From assembly GCF_004010195.1 (NCBI RefSeq), contig NC_057718.1, positions 49,253,239 through 49,317,238 of the forward strand: a DNA stretch of 64,000 nucleotides. The letters run 5' to 3'. This DNA comes from Chiloscyllium plagiosum (lineage: Eukaryota). This document shows positions 25,408-36,366 of the stretch, in pieces. Under the pieces are notes generated by a model. It did no database searches. It was not told the origin of the DNA and saw nothing but the letters and a program-made list of their open reading frames with translations. The position numbers and the translations under genes were made by a program. Position 1 is the first letter of the stretch. The number at the start of each line of letters is the position of its first letter.

Positions 25408-25697
25408 ATTAGATTAGATTTCATTAGATTAGATTACAGTGTGGAAGCAGGCCCTTCGGCCCAACAAGTCCACACCGACCCGCCGAAGCGCAACCAAGCC
25501 ATACTCCTACATTTACCCCGTACCTAACACTACGGGCAATTTAGTATGGCCAATTCACCTGACCCATACATCTTTGGACTGTGGGAGGAAACCGGAGCAC
25601 CCGGAGGAAACCCACGCAGACACGGGGAGAATGTGCAAACTCCACACAGTCAGTCGCCTGAGGCAGCAGTGCTAACCACTGTGCCACCGTGCCGCCC
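25408..25697 (-). mobile_element. HE1-type V-SINE lacking its B box
   Basis: 5' gggcggcacggtggcacagtggttagcac, V-domain, (taatc)n tail; 34-nt internal deletion. Confidence 0.9.
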
Positions 25698-26792
25698 CTA
25701 AATATAGTCATAGTCATGGAATTATACCTTATGGACAACGTCCCAGGCAACACCATTACCATCCTCGAGTATGTCTCATGGAAACAGATCAAATGTGGGC
25801 AAGGAAATCTCCTGCTGATTGCCATTCACCACCCTACCAGCCTATACCCTCATGACCTCACCCCTCACCACTCTCCCACCCATGCACACTAAACTTGGCT
25901 GATAAGTCAGTACTTTGTATTGTAGGAGACTGGAGAAAATCAAGAGTTCAGAACGGGGCACTGATTACTGCTGAGGCAAGATAACATGAAGTTAATGGAC
26001 AGCAAAGAAATGCTAAACATAATAGAAGCATACGTTACATCTTAGCAGATCACATAATATTATGATGCTGTGATCCAGGAATGGGGAGGAAAGATTTGAG
26101 AAATAAATTGCCTAAGTCACTATTAAAGTGTGGAATCATGCGGAGGTTACTAAAGACTCAGCTGCTTGCGTCACCTCTGTTTTAGCCAATCAGACAAATG
26201 ACAGGCCAGTGACAGACCCTGACCAAAATTAAGGACCCTGAATGTAAAAGTTTTGATGGCAGATAACATCCAACCCAGCAGTTGTTATCTGCTTCTCTGT
26301 GCTTAGCAATGGCATCAGGAAGAATAGGCTGCTGCTGGTACTGCACCCAGCTGAGTCATGGATCAGGGAGATTCCCCATAGTTGTGTGATTGTGGGGAGA
26401 GGGCTGCCAGGTGTTGATCACGAGGGAAGAAGGAAAGGAGTTCAGAAGTTAGGACTAGAGAGTGATTATCAACAGCACTCACATCATTAAGAGGCAATAA
26501 TGTAATGATCTACATATTTAAACAAAGTCATTTTTGCCTTTGGGTGGATGGATAATTGGCTCATCATAAAACAATAAGTGCAGAAGAAATACTAACAGAA
26601 GTAGGCCATTCAGCCCTTCAAGACTCCTCTGCCTTTCAATAAGATCATGACTGGTCAAACATTTCTTATGTCCACTTTCCTGTCCTTTTCCCCATCAACC
26701 TTGATTTCAGAACGTTGAGTAAAAGCCACAGCCAGTGGGACTATGAGTTGATTATGTAGCAAATAAGTAACTCTGCATTTTAACCACTGCTC

Positions 26793-26946
26793 CAGGGCAA
26801 CCTTGGTTATCCGAACATCGATTATCCAAATTTCGGATTATCCAAACAAGAACTCAAGGTCCTGGGTAAACTGTATTTTCGGATAATTCGACTATCCGAA
26901 CAAAATATTCTTCGCTAGTGTCGTTCGGATAATTGAGGTTGCCCTG
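26793..26946. mobile_element. Tc1/mariner-pogo (Tigger-like) MITE
   Basis: 24-bp TIRs cagggcaaccttggttatccgaac / gttcggataattgaggttgccctg; TA on the right flank (TC on the left); internal ttatccgaa repeats. Confidence 0.75.
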
Positions 26947-27392
26947 TATTGTTAAAATGACACCTATTGTCAATGTTTCACAAATTATAGCTTATTGTAG
27001 GAGCGATTTGACATGTGTGTAAAATAAAAAGCGGCTCATTGTGAGTGTTGGTTCTTGGAAAAATGAACTAGATTTTGGCTTTTCATAAAATTGACATAAA
27101 AGCATGAGTAACTTCTGCACTAAGCTACGTACAGTCAGGAAGGAGAGATCACATTTGGAGTGTGACACAGCCCAAATAAATATAGAGTTCAGGGAATTTG
27201 GAGGCTGCATGGGAATTTGATACAGATGGGAAGAGGTGTTTTCTGCCAGCTTTATTGGTCCATAGTTTACATGGCTTTTTTTAAAAAACAGGATCAGGGA
27301 CCCTGCACAAGAGAAAGAGTGACCTTATAGGAAAATCTTAAGTTCAATGATTGGTGAAAACAAATTTAACTATCTATTATCAGATACTTTCA

Positions 27393-27430
27393 GATTCCTG
27401 ATGAAGGGCTTTTGCCTGAAACGTCGATTT
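27393..27430 (+). ncRNA. Minimal type I hammerhead ribozyme motif
   Basis: CTGATGA(27398-27404)-A-GGGC-TTTT-GCCT-GAAA-CGTC|GATT; G-U pair closes stem II. Confidence 0.7.
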
Positions 27431-27523
27431 TACTGCTCCTCGGATGCTGCCTGAACTGCTGTGCCCTTCCAGCACCACTAATCCAGAATCTGGTTTCCAG
27501 CATCTGCAGTCATTGCTTTTACC
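27397..27523 (+). mobile_element. Penelope-like single terminal arm (family A) with 12-bp TSD
   Basis: TSD tactttcagatt at 27385-27396 and 27524-27535; nearly identical to 7112-7238. Confidence 0.85.
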
Positions 27524-27614
27524 TACTTTCAGATTGAAAGTAAGAATGGGAAATATTACAAACTACAAGACCAGGAGGAAACTTCCAAAAATCAAATTAA
27601 GAACAAAGTAAATG

Positions 27615-27980
27615 AAATAGAGTTGCAGGACCAGGCGATGTGTTGTACGTGCATGGTGTGATAGCTGGTGAACCTGATGGTGGTTCATAGTTACCATATG
27701 TATAGCAAGTGTTCTTTGCTTGAGCAACTCTGATTCAGAGTTGATGAGCTGGACTCTGAGCTTTGAACATTGTGACACATCATGGGGAGGGGGAGAGTTA
27801 CCTGGATGCTGTGTTTTAAGGAGGCAGCCACAACCCTTACATTGACCACCTTGAATTTGGTTAATAGCCAGGGACAGGAAGGAGTAAATATGAACAAGGC
27901 AAGTAGAGGGGTCTTGGAGGAAGTACTGAAGGAGCCACAGCCTTTGAGCTTGTTTAATAGATTTGAGATTCTTGCAGACA
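27615..27980 (+). mobile_element. Decayed CR1-type ORF1 fragment
   Basis: AMCCTCMV...SKCSLLEQL.FRVDELDSEL...GESYLDAVF...PQPLSLFNRFEILA, with stops and frameshifts; parallels the ORF1 at 1830-2190. Confidence 0.65.
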
Positions 27981-28289
27981 GCAAAATAAAAAGATGGAAT
28001 GAAAGGTTAGATTGTGACAGAGAGAGAAGAAAAGTCAGAAAGGAGAAAAAGTAATTTTAAATTAGTATAACTAAAATCGCCATTCACAATTCACTATCTG
28101 AACAAATAGACTGCACACTCTTAATTGTAAGAGAGGTTGATTCATCGTGAATAAAATTGTCTTATTAGTAAAAGATCATTACATTATTAGCTACAAGACA
28201 TAATTTTCTGTTTGGAGTTTAACATGGAATTAATGTGCATTTGTTTTGGGGTGGGGTCGGTGGGAATGGCCTTGTCGTATTATGATTTG

Positions 28290-28583
28290 ATTGCCTACAG
28301 TATGGAAACAGGCCCTTTGGCCCAGCAAGTCCACACCGACCCTCCAAAGAGTAGCCCACCCGGACCCATTCCCCCACCCTATTTTGACCCCTGACTAACA
28401 CACCTAATACCACGGGCAATTTAGCATAGCCAATTCACCTGACCTGCACATCTTTGGATTGTGGGAGGAAACCAGAGCACCCGGAGGAAACCCACACAGA
28501 CAGTCCTTCTGAAGCTGGAGTTGAACCTGGTCCCTGTTGTTGTGAGGTAGCAGTGATAACCACTGAGCCACTGTGCTGCCCAC
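28290..28583 (-). mobile_element. HE1-type V-SINE
   Basis: Head gggcagcacagtggctcagtggttatcac, B box ggttcaactcc, V-domain, CR1-like tail. Confidence 0.85.
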
Positions 28584-28589
28584 CGAGGC

Positions 28590-28915
28590 TATTAGTCCAC
28601 GATACCCAAGCAATGTTCTGGGGAGATGTGTTCAATCCTGTCATAGTAGATTGTGGAAATTGGATTCAATAAAAATCTGGAAATGACATCACCATAATGA
28701 TGACCATGACACTGTTGTCAACTGTCAAGAAAACCCCTTTGGTTCATTAATGTCCTTTAGAGAAGGAATTTGCTTTCCTTACCTGGTCTGGCCTACATGT
28801 GACCCCAGAACCACAGCAATGTGGTTGACTATTAACTGCCCTCTGGAGCAACTAGCATTGGCAATAAATATTGAGCCAGCAAGAAATGCCCACATGCTAT
28901 GAATGAATAAAAAAT
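28590..28915 (+). mobile_element. tRNA-headed SINE (~350 bp family), 5'-truncated
   Basis: Body and tail match 18895-19243. Confidence 0.8.
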
Positions 28916-29189
28916 ACATCAAGTTCAGCAAACTCACAAGGAGACTGAGAATACTGCTACTGACTCTGAAGAGAGACATATTAAACTCTTTCATTCTCCA
29001 CCACTGTTTGTAGGCAGGACAGTTTTCATTTTGAATAGTTTGTGGTATGCTTTTACAGCCTTCTTCTTGGTGACGTCAATTTAAAATTAATGCGCCGCAA
29101 ATGTTCTTAAATTTAGATTAGAGATATCATTTATTCACACGTTCAAATCTGGGGGTGGTCTTTTTGGCATTACACACGTACACACAGAT

Positions 29190-30030
29190 TCATAGAGTCA
29201 AACAGTCATAGAGATATACAGCACAGGAACAGTCCCTTCGGTCCAGCTTGTCCATGCTGATCAAATATCCTAAATAAATCTAGTCCTATTTTCCAGCATT
29301 TGGCCCATATCCCTCTAAACTCTTCTTATTCTTAAACCCATCCAGATGCTTTTTGAATGTTGTAATTGTACCAGCCTCCATCACTTGCTCTGGCAGCTCA
29401 TTCCATACACAGACTACCCTGTGTGTGAAACAGTTGCCCTTTAGATCTCTTTTAAATCTTTCCCCTCTCACCTTAAACTTATGCCCTCTAGTTTTCGACT
29501 ATCCCACTCCAGGGAAAATACTTTGTCTATTTACCGTATCCATTTTCCTCATGATTTATAAACTTCTATAAGGTCACCCCTCAACTTCCAGATGCCCCAG
29601 CCAATTCAGCCTCTCCCTTTGGCTCAAACCCTCTAACCCTGGCAAAATCCTTCAACAACCTTTTCTGAACTCTTTCAAGTTTCATCGCATTCTTCCTATA
29701 GCAAGGAGACCAGAACTGCGTGCAGTATTCCAATAGTGGCCTAACCAATGTCCTATGCAGCTGCAACATGATCCCCCAACTCTTACAGTCAATATACTGA
29801 CCAATAAAGGAAAACATACCAAACGCCTTCTTCACTATCCTAACTACCTGCAACTTCAGTTTCAAGGAACCATGAACCTGACTCCAAGGTCTCTTTGTTC
29901 AGCAACACTTGACAGGACCTTAACATTAAGTGTCTGACTCCTGCCCTGATTTGCCTTTCCAGAATGCAGCACCTCACATTTATCTAAATTCAACTCCATC
30001 TGCTCCTCCTTGGCCCATTGGCTTATCTGT
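29190..30030 (-). mobile_element. CR1 LINE 3' fragment
   Basis: EQMELNLDKCEVLH, LVRPLLEYCTQFWSPCYRK, FTHRVVCVWNELP. Confidence 0.9.
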
Positions 30031-30449
30031 TCATGACCCCACAAGCATATATAAAAGATATAGGAGACAACCATTTATGTGAATATCAAAATCCAGTGGT
30101 GGTTCTGTTACTCAGAAGGGCAGTCCAGATTGCCAGCAGCAGGAATTCCAAAGTTTTTTGAAGTTGCTGATGATGCAGTAAGATGATGTTGGTCTATAGG
30201 AATTGATTTGCTTTGTAAGCAAATACAAGAATCTTCTGAAGCTAGGTTTCATGGTGACTTGGACTTGGGGCAAGCCTGGAACTCTGACTTCTGTTGATTG
30301 TATTATAAACATGTTGGATGTTCAAAGGAGACTGAGGCAAGTGTTCAGATATGAAAAATTAAAACTATTCAATGACTAGAAGAGTTTGGTCATATGATAT
30401 TGTCCATGCGTGTTACCAAGGGACAGTGAAGGGGAACGAGCTGAGAATA

Positions 30450-30505
30450 GTTCACATGTCAGCGCAACATCGAGGGCTGAAGGGCCTGTTCTGTTCTATG
30501 TTCTA
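30450..30505 (+). mobile_element. CR1 extreme 3' end
   Basis: gtcagcgcaacatcgagggctgaagggcctg...ttctatgttcta, matching 16090-16150. Confidence 0.7.
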
Positions 30506-30689
30506 AGGCATGTTTTCATCATTCTGGTTGCAATCCCTTGACTGCTTTAGCCTCAATCAGTCTCCTTTGTTATTGTTACTGGTTTGTGTTTCCAATGTCC
30601 ATGCAATTATTTAGATTTGATTTTTTTAGCATTGTCCCTGTAATTGCTATTTCTAACTGTGACCTAATTTGTAAATCATGTCTGCTATA

Positions 30690-30960
30690 GTTACTACTCA
30701 GAATCCCTGCAATGTGAAAGTAGGCCGTTCACCCCAGCAAGCACCCACCCAGACATCACCCTATTACTGTAACCCTGCATTTCCCATGGCTAATCCACAT
30801 ACCTGCACATCTCTGGACTATGGGAGGAAACTGGACTACCCAGAGGAAACACATGCAGACATAGAGAAAACGTGTAAAATCCACATAGACAGTCGCCCGA
30901 AGGTGGAATTGAACCGCGTCCCTGGTGCTGTGAGGCAACAGTGTTAAACACTGAGCCACT
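30690..30960 (-). mobile_element. HE1-related V-SINE, diverged
   Basis: Head gtggctcagtgtttaacactg, B box ggttcaattcc, decayed V-domain. Confidence 0.8.
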
Positions 30961-30974
30961 ATAACTCGTACCTA

Positions 30975-31253
30975 CTTCTGCTGAGAAGGACAAGGGCAAC
31001 TGACACATGGGAATCACAACCAGCAAGTTCCCCTTCAATTCATACACCATCCTGACTTGGAATTGTATTACTGTTCCTTCATTGTTTCTGGGTCAAATTC
31101 ACGAAAATCTCTCTAATAGCATTGTGAATGTACTTACACCATGTTTTGCAGCAGTTCAAGAACCTACCTCACAACTCTTCTCCAGGCTATTAAGGAAGGG
31201 AAATAAATTTGAGCTTAGCCAGTGACATGCATATTGTGAATGAATTAAAAAAA
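30975..31253 (+). mobile_element. LINE 3' end sharing its tail with the ~350-bp SINE family
   Basis: Tail taaggaagggaaataaatttgagcttagccagtgac...gtgaatgaattaaaaaaa aligns with SINE tails at 19180-19243 and 52690-52752; upstream sequence is LINE-like, not SINE body. Confidence 0.65.
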
Positions 31254-31279
31254 CTATAAGTGCTTCAATGGCAATTAAC

Positions 31280-31990
31280 TTGCATATCTTTCAATCTAGT
31301 TGACTGTATTCACTACTCATAGTGCAATCTCCTCCCTATTGCGGATACCAAGTGCAGACCATATGATCAATTTGTGAAACACCTCCACACTGACCAGAAG
31401 CACGATCTTGACCTTTCAATTCCTTGCAATTTCAATAAACCATGTCATTCTCATACTTACATATCTGTCCTAGGCCTGCTGCTTAGTCAGCTAGTGAAGC
31501 TTAATGCAAGTTGGAGGATCATCCTGCATTTTACAATTATTCACTTTACAAACTTCTAGGCTCAACATTCAGGAACATCGTACCATGAACTCATCTCCAC
31601 TTTGCTATTATTCTTCCCTTCAGTGTCTGGGTTTTGTTTTCATGTTGTGCTTTCAGTCAGAACTGATTCTTAACAAATGCATAAGATGTTGGAGAAACTC
31701 AACAGAATCTGTGAAGAGAGAAACAGAGTTAACATTTTGAGTCCAGTTTGGCTCTTCTTTAGAACTGGAACTGATCAGAGCAGATCTTTATTTTGCGATT
31801 AACAGCTAGTCTAGTCAATGTTCTGTATCTTTTTTACAGGCATTACCACTTCCTTTGCCTTTTGTTCTACAATACCTAATCTCTAATCTTTCTCGTGCTT
31901 TCACATTTCCCTGACATACTGTTTTGTTTCACTTATCCCTTTCCCTTTTTCATCATCATAAAACCAATCATGCTTCAACCACTTGCTTAT
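31280..31990 (+). mobile_element. Decayed Penelope-like GIY-YIG endonuclease and 3'UTR, with inverted family C arm at ~31670-31770
   Basis: CISFNLVDCIHYS*CNLLPIADTKCR..DQFVKHL...PCNFNKPCHSHTYISVLGLL...TLQTSRLNI. Confidence 0.65.
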
Positions 31991-31994
31991 TTTT

Positions 31995-32640
31995 GATTCT
32001 GAAGACATTTTCAGCTTATGTGGTCCTCAGCGTTTCTTCCAGGTCATCTTCAATACAGAGGAGCACTTATTCATCATCTGAGGAAGCACTGTCAGCGATA
32101 ATATGCAGGAGAATTCTCAGTGCTTCTCGTTCTGACTGAATACCACTGTGCCACCATTTGTGCAGGTTTGTCCTGCTGTTATTTGAAAGATGCTGTCTTA
32201 GGTATGATTTGGTGAGTTAGGCTGCTGCTTGACTAGTTTTTAGACAGTTCCTCCAAATTTGGCACAAATCCTGGTATATTAATGAAGAGGATCTGTGGGG
32301 TTGACTGGGCTGAATGTGCCTTTGTCACATCTGGTTTTACTCTGAACAGAATTTTTCCATATGACTAAGTAATTTTGTCAGCCATTTGGGAGGGCAGTTA
32401 CAATACAAGAACCTTGCTGTTCTCATGGAGTCACATAAAGACTAGACCAGTTAAGGAGGAGAGATTTCCTTCCATTAGCTCATGAGTGAAGAAGATGTAG
32501 TTTTCCAACAATGGTTACCATTACTGACACTGGATTTTATTTCAGGATTGACATTATTGACCAATTAAATTTAAGATCCCCAATTGCTGTGGTAGAATTT
32601 GATGTTGTCTTCATATCATTAGTTTAAATCTTGTATTCAG
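31995..32640 (-). mobile_element. tRNA-headed LINE 5' end, second older copy
   Basis: Minus strand: SINE body (ggaaggaaatct...tatgtgactcc...aactgccctcccaaatggct) then INIPGFVPNLEELS, KQQP, GGTVVFS, VLLCIEDDLEETLR. Confidence 0.65.
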
Positions 32641-33399
32641 TGAAATATTATCATATCCCTAACTTGTTTTCAATGCAACTGTTAACTATTTCACTCAAGT
32701 ACTCTGTTCAGAAGATACAGTCTGTCTTTTCTAATAAAATTCTCATCTATAATAAAAGTAGGTGGAGGCAATCAACCATCCCTCCTCCTGTTTTCAAGCA
32801 CTTTGACCAAGTTTCTCCTTTTCATTCACACCGTATGGGCTATGGTTGCTTCTAAGCAATGCTTGAAGTTTGAAGGGGAAATACAATCGATGGTTTTGTA
32901 TGGAATCCTTCAGAAAACTTTGCTATTAATTTCAGTCAGTTTTCTCACACTAAGTCCGACTATGTGGTTTTCTAATATGCTCTGGCTGACTTTTTTAAAC
33001 AGAAAGGAATGATTTGCAACTCAAGATACAACACATACAATGAATTTGAAGTGAATGATTATTATTCAAGTACTAGCTAAGGAACAGATAGTAAAGAATT
33101 ACTTCCTATCAATTCCAGAGGTCCTTTTTAAAATCAATGCAGACGGACATGATTACCTGTCACATCCTTTTGCTATCTTTGTAAGGATGCAAGGCAGAAG
33201 CCCTCCATTCATTGACGATGCTTTGGTTGTTGAATGAACATCGAGTCTGGATATATTGATACCTTGTTGAGTGTCAGACTATGAGGGACAAATAATAAAA
33301 TGCAACATTAAACCCAAACCTATGTCCACTTTTTGCAGTTTTCTGTTTGCTTTGATTCAGAAAATCTAATAAGTTTACAAATAAATCATTATTCATCAT

Positions 33400-33950
33400 T
33401 TAGTAGTACAGAACTTGAATATTGCTGAAAGAGTCTAATATTAGATGTGAATCTGCAGTTGGAGAACACTTGTTGGATAATCCTAAACATGTGAGGAATT
33501 ATGCAGGCAACCGACTTAGAATTGTCAGTCAGGTTTGTAGTTTGATGCACTTATGAGTTCTGAAAGTGACATATATTAATACAAAGTGCCCAATTCTTTG
33601 CAGACAGAAATAACATGTACACACACATGCACTTCAAATCAACAAAATTGGTGACAGCTATTCAATGGTTCATTTCTCAGGGTAATGCCCTGACCAGTTA
33701 GACTCAATTTGCCTCATTTGAAATTTAAACAAAGCCTGGTTGGTAACAGTTAATTAGTATAAATGAAGGTGTTCTCAACAGAAACATCTTTACGAAACAG
33801 AATCCATTTGCCAACCAATTAGCATCTCATCTCTCATTGAGTATAAATATTGATTTTCCCCTTTTGAACTAGTATTCTTTTGAAATGTCCAGAAGAATGC
33901 AAAATAAAAAAAAACTTTGAGAAAATCTGTCTTTTTTCAGCAATACTCAA
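33400..33950 (+). mobile_element. Old Penelope-like GIY-YIG C-terminus and 3'UTR (family E)
   Basis: From 33452: SAVGEHLLDNPKHVRNYAGNRLRIVSQVCSLMHL*VLKVTYINTKCPILCRQK*. Confidence 0.7.
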
Positions 33951-34827
33951 ATTGTAGTCTCATGCACATCATGCTATGGTATAGCAATACGCATAGTAGC
34001 AACGAGGAGGATGACAGAATTTTGAAAGGCAAATGAGTCTCTTTAACTATCTCTGCACCTGGAGTATTTATGCAAAGAGCTAGATCTGTATGCTGGTTGG
34101 TCAGGAAGGACAGAGCTGGAATGAAAATAAACTTATCAAGCGCTAAAGTAAGTACATCAACTCTTCATATTTACCTTTCAATATTTCATTTATTCATTGA
34201 TGTTCTGTTATCAATACAAATGCTTCTGCCCTGCATTCTTAGGAAAATTGCAAAGTGGTCATTTAGCCCTTGTTCAAAAAAACCTGGCTTGTATCTTTAA
34301 AGGAGAATTCTGTTGAACATACATTAATTAGAGACAAAAGTTATTTTCAAAACTTAGGCAATGAAGGCTATGAGAAGTTGCAAAAACTAGCTCCAATGGT
34401 CCTTTCATTTTCAACACTTTCTTTCCACTTCCTTAGCAATGTTGGAAGCGAGAAGCAGAATGAAAATGTAAATTCAATTATTTCTGGTGTGCACTTAACT
34501 TGGGTGCAGGCAGGTCCACATCAAATTGGTTATCCAGCCACAATATGATAGTATGGATGGGCTGTGACTATTAATACTCAAAGTACTAAAACCACCATTA
34601 CTAAGGATTCATTGTGTCCATGCCATGATCAGGAGTAAGGTACTTTCACACATTGTGTTACATTGTGGTACTCAGGCAATATTAGTTGTACTGTTTACCT
34701 GAGGTTCAAACCCACCCATGATCAACTTGTCCTATTCTACTTGATATAAATGTGCCAGTATTGGACTAGGATGGACAAAATCAGAAGTCACACGCCACAG
34801 GTTACAGTCCAACAGGTTTATTTGAGA

Positions 34828-34864
34828 TCACAAGCTTTCGGAGTGCTGCTCCTTCAGCAGGTGA
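34828..34864 (-). ncRNA. Hammerhead ribozyme motif, A6>C core variant
   Basis: Minus strand TCAC-CTGCTGA-A-GGAGC-AGC-ACTCC-GAAA-GCTT|GTGA; stem I TCAC/GTGA. Confidence 0.65.
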
Positions 34865-35002
34865 AGTGAAGAGAAGCACACAGGCACAGACCTTATAGGT
34901 AGAGAGATCAAAAGATCATACAAATGGTGTGAGCTCACACCACTTGTATGATCTTTTGATCTCTCTACCTATAAATCCTTTGCCTGTGTGCTTCTCTTCA
35001 AT

Positions 35003-35039
35003 TCATCTGCTGAAGGAGCAACGCTCCGAAAGCTTGTGA
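35003..35039 (+). ncRNA. Hammerhead ribozyme motif, A6>C core variant
   Basis: TCAT-CTGCTGA-A-GGAGC-AAC-GCTCC-GAAA-GCTT|GTGA. Confidence 0.65.
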
Positions 35040-35558
35040 TCTCAAATAAATCTGTTGGACTGTAACCTGATGTCATGTAACTTCTGACATTATTCTACTT
35101 GTGGCAAAGTATCTGGGTTTTTCCCAGTCTCATGACAGAAGACAGAAGACATTCTTGATGAACCGTTGGGATCAAAGCATTTACTATGACAGACACGGTA
35201 AACGACTGTCTAAGACAGTATTGCTGTTCACTCACAATTAGCCTTTTTTTTGTAGATTGAGGAGGGATTTGATTTCTGATACAGGATTACCATCCTTCTC
35301 ACTTGCCCCATGTCATTCTGAAAAACAAGTTTTGGGGGGAGAAAACCATATTTAGCTTTCCACCACAGATGCTGTAGACCTGTTGAGTTCTGATTCATAA
35401 AGGTGGTCTGAATTGGACAAGCAGTTGGTGCTTACCAGTCCAATCTGTCGCTGGTAATGCTTGAGAAGTAATTTTCCACATATCTGCAAACCCTCATACT
35501 GCGCTCTAGCCATTAGGCAATTATGTTTCTGGGTTTAGCTAAGCCAGGTGTCTCCATT

Positions 35559-35584
35559 AGAGAGAGAGAGAGAGAGAGAGAGAG
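35559..35584 (+). repeat. (AG)n microsatellite
   Basis: Direct reading. Confidence 0.95.
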
Positions 35585-36059
35585 TGTAGTGTTGTACTGA
35601 CAAAGGAAACAGCTGAGGAATGATGGACATCTGGTTTGTTCCTAACAACAACTTTATTCTGAGTAATATTCCTCGCTCAAGCTATCACACCGAAAGCACA
35701 TTCTTATCAGACTATTTGCAGCATTTTACTGAGGGCCATTTAGCTGCCACATTTGTTTATGTGACAACAGTCGTGCACATTAAAATATAATTCTTTGATT
35801 GTCAACCATTTTGAGACAAAAGGCTCAATGGAATGCAGATCATTTTCTTTTGATAGCATTGGATTATCTTACTGCATCTGGATATTTCCCTCATAAAGCT
35901 AGTGTCAAGAACAGCTTCCATTAGCCTGAATGCAAACACCAAATCTCACAACTTAAATGTGCAATATGTGGGAGGGACATGAGGAAGGTTTCCTGTGCCT
36001 ACTCTGCAAACAAAATACATAGTTCAAAGATCACTCTTTTGGATTGTATGAATATATTT

Positions 36060-36366
36060 CAACTACCAATGGCTTCTTCTGGTAGCCCCTGAAAATGAGG
36101 AGAATATTTGCCATTGAGTGCAGTCCATGCCAGGAGCATGTACATGGAGTCTTTTCACATGGGGAGGCTGTTGCATTACAACTGTCATGTGGTTGGCCAG
36201 TAAGTTCTTTTGCTTGCTTGTATTTCAAGGTTCAGCAGATTAACAATCAACCTGTTTAGCTACATCATGGGTATACTTTCCCTGGCCTTCATATCCTGCA
36301 GTGAGACTTGAATCCAAGGCCTCTGGTTTAGAGGCAGGAATACTATCCATTAAACCACAAGACCTC
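36060..36366 (-). mobile_element. tRNA-headed SINE-like element (further family; related head at 44530-44650 on +)
   Basis: Minus strand gaggtcttgtggtttaatggatagt...ggattcaagtc has A/B-box-like motifs. Confidence 0.5.

Larger units (their letters stand above)
24665..25835 (+). mobile_element. tRNA-headed LINE 5' end (CR1/L2-group endonuclease), split by Penelope and HE1 insertions
   Basis: SINE-like head (gggttcaaatccc...atgtgactcc...gcaatgtggttgattcttaa) runs into GLVPKLGELS.RLIK (24967-25011); resumes NIVIVMELYLMDNVPGNTITI...GQGNLLLI at 25700. Confidence 0.7.
34744..35090. mobile_element. Penelope-like zero-spacer palindrome (family B) with 11-bp TSD
   Basis: Arms ~34781-34933 and 34934-35087 centred on gagctc; TSD tattctacttg at 34733-34743 and 35091-35101. 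Confidence 0.85.
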
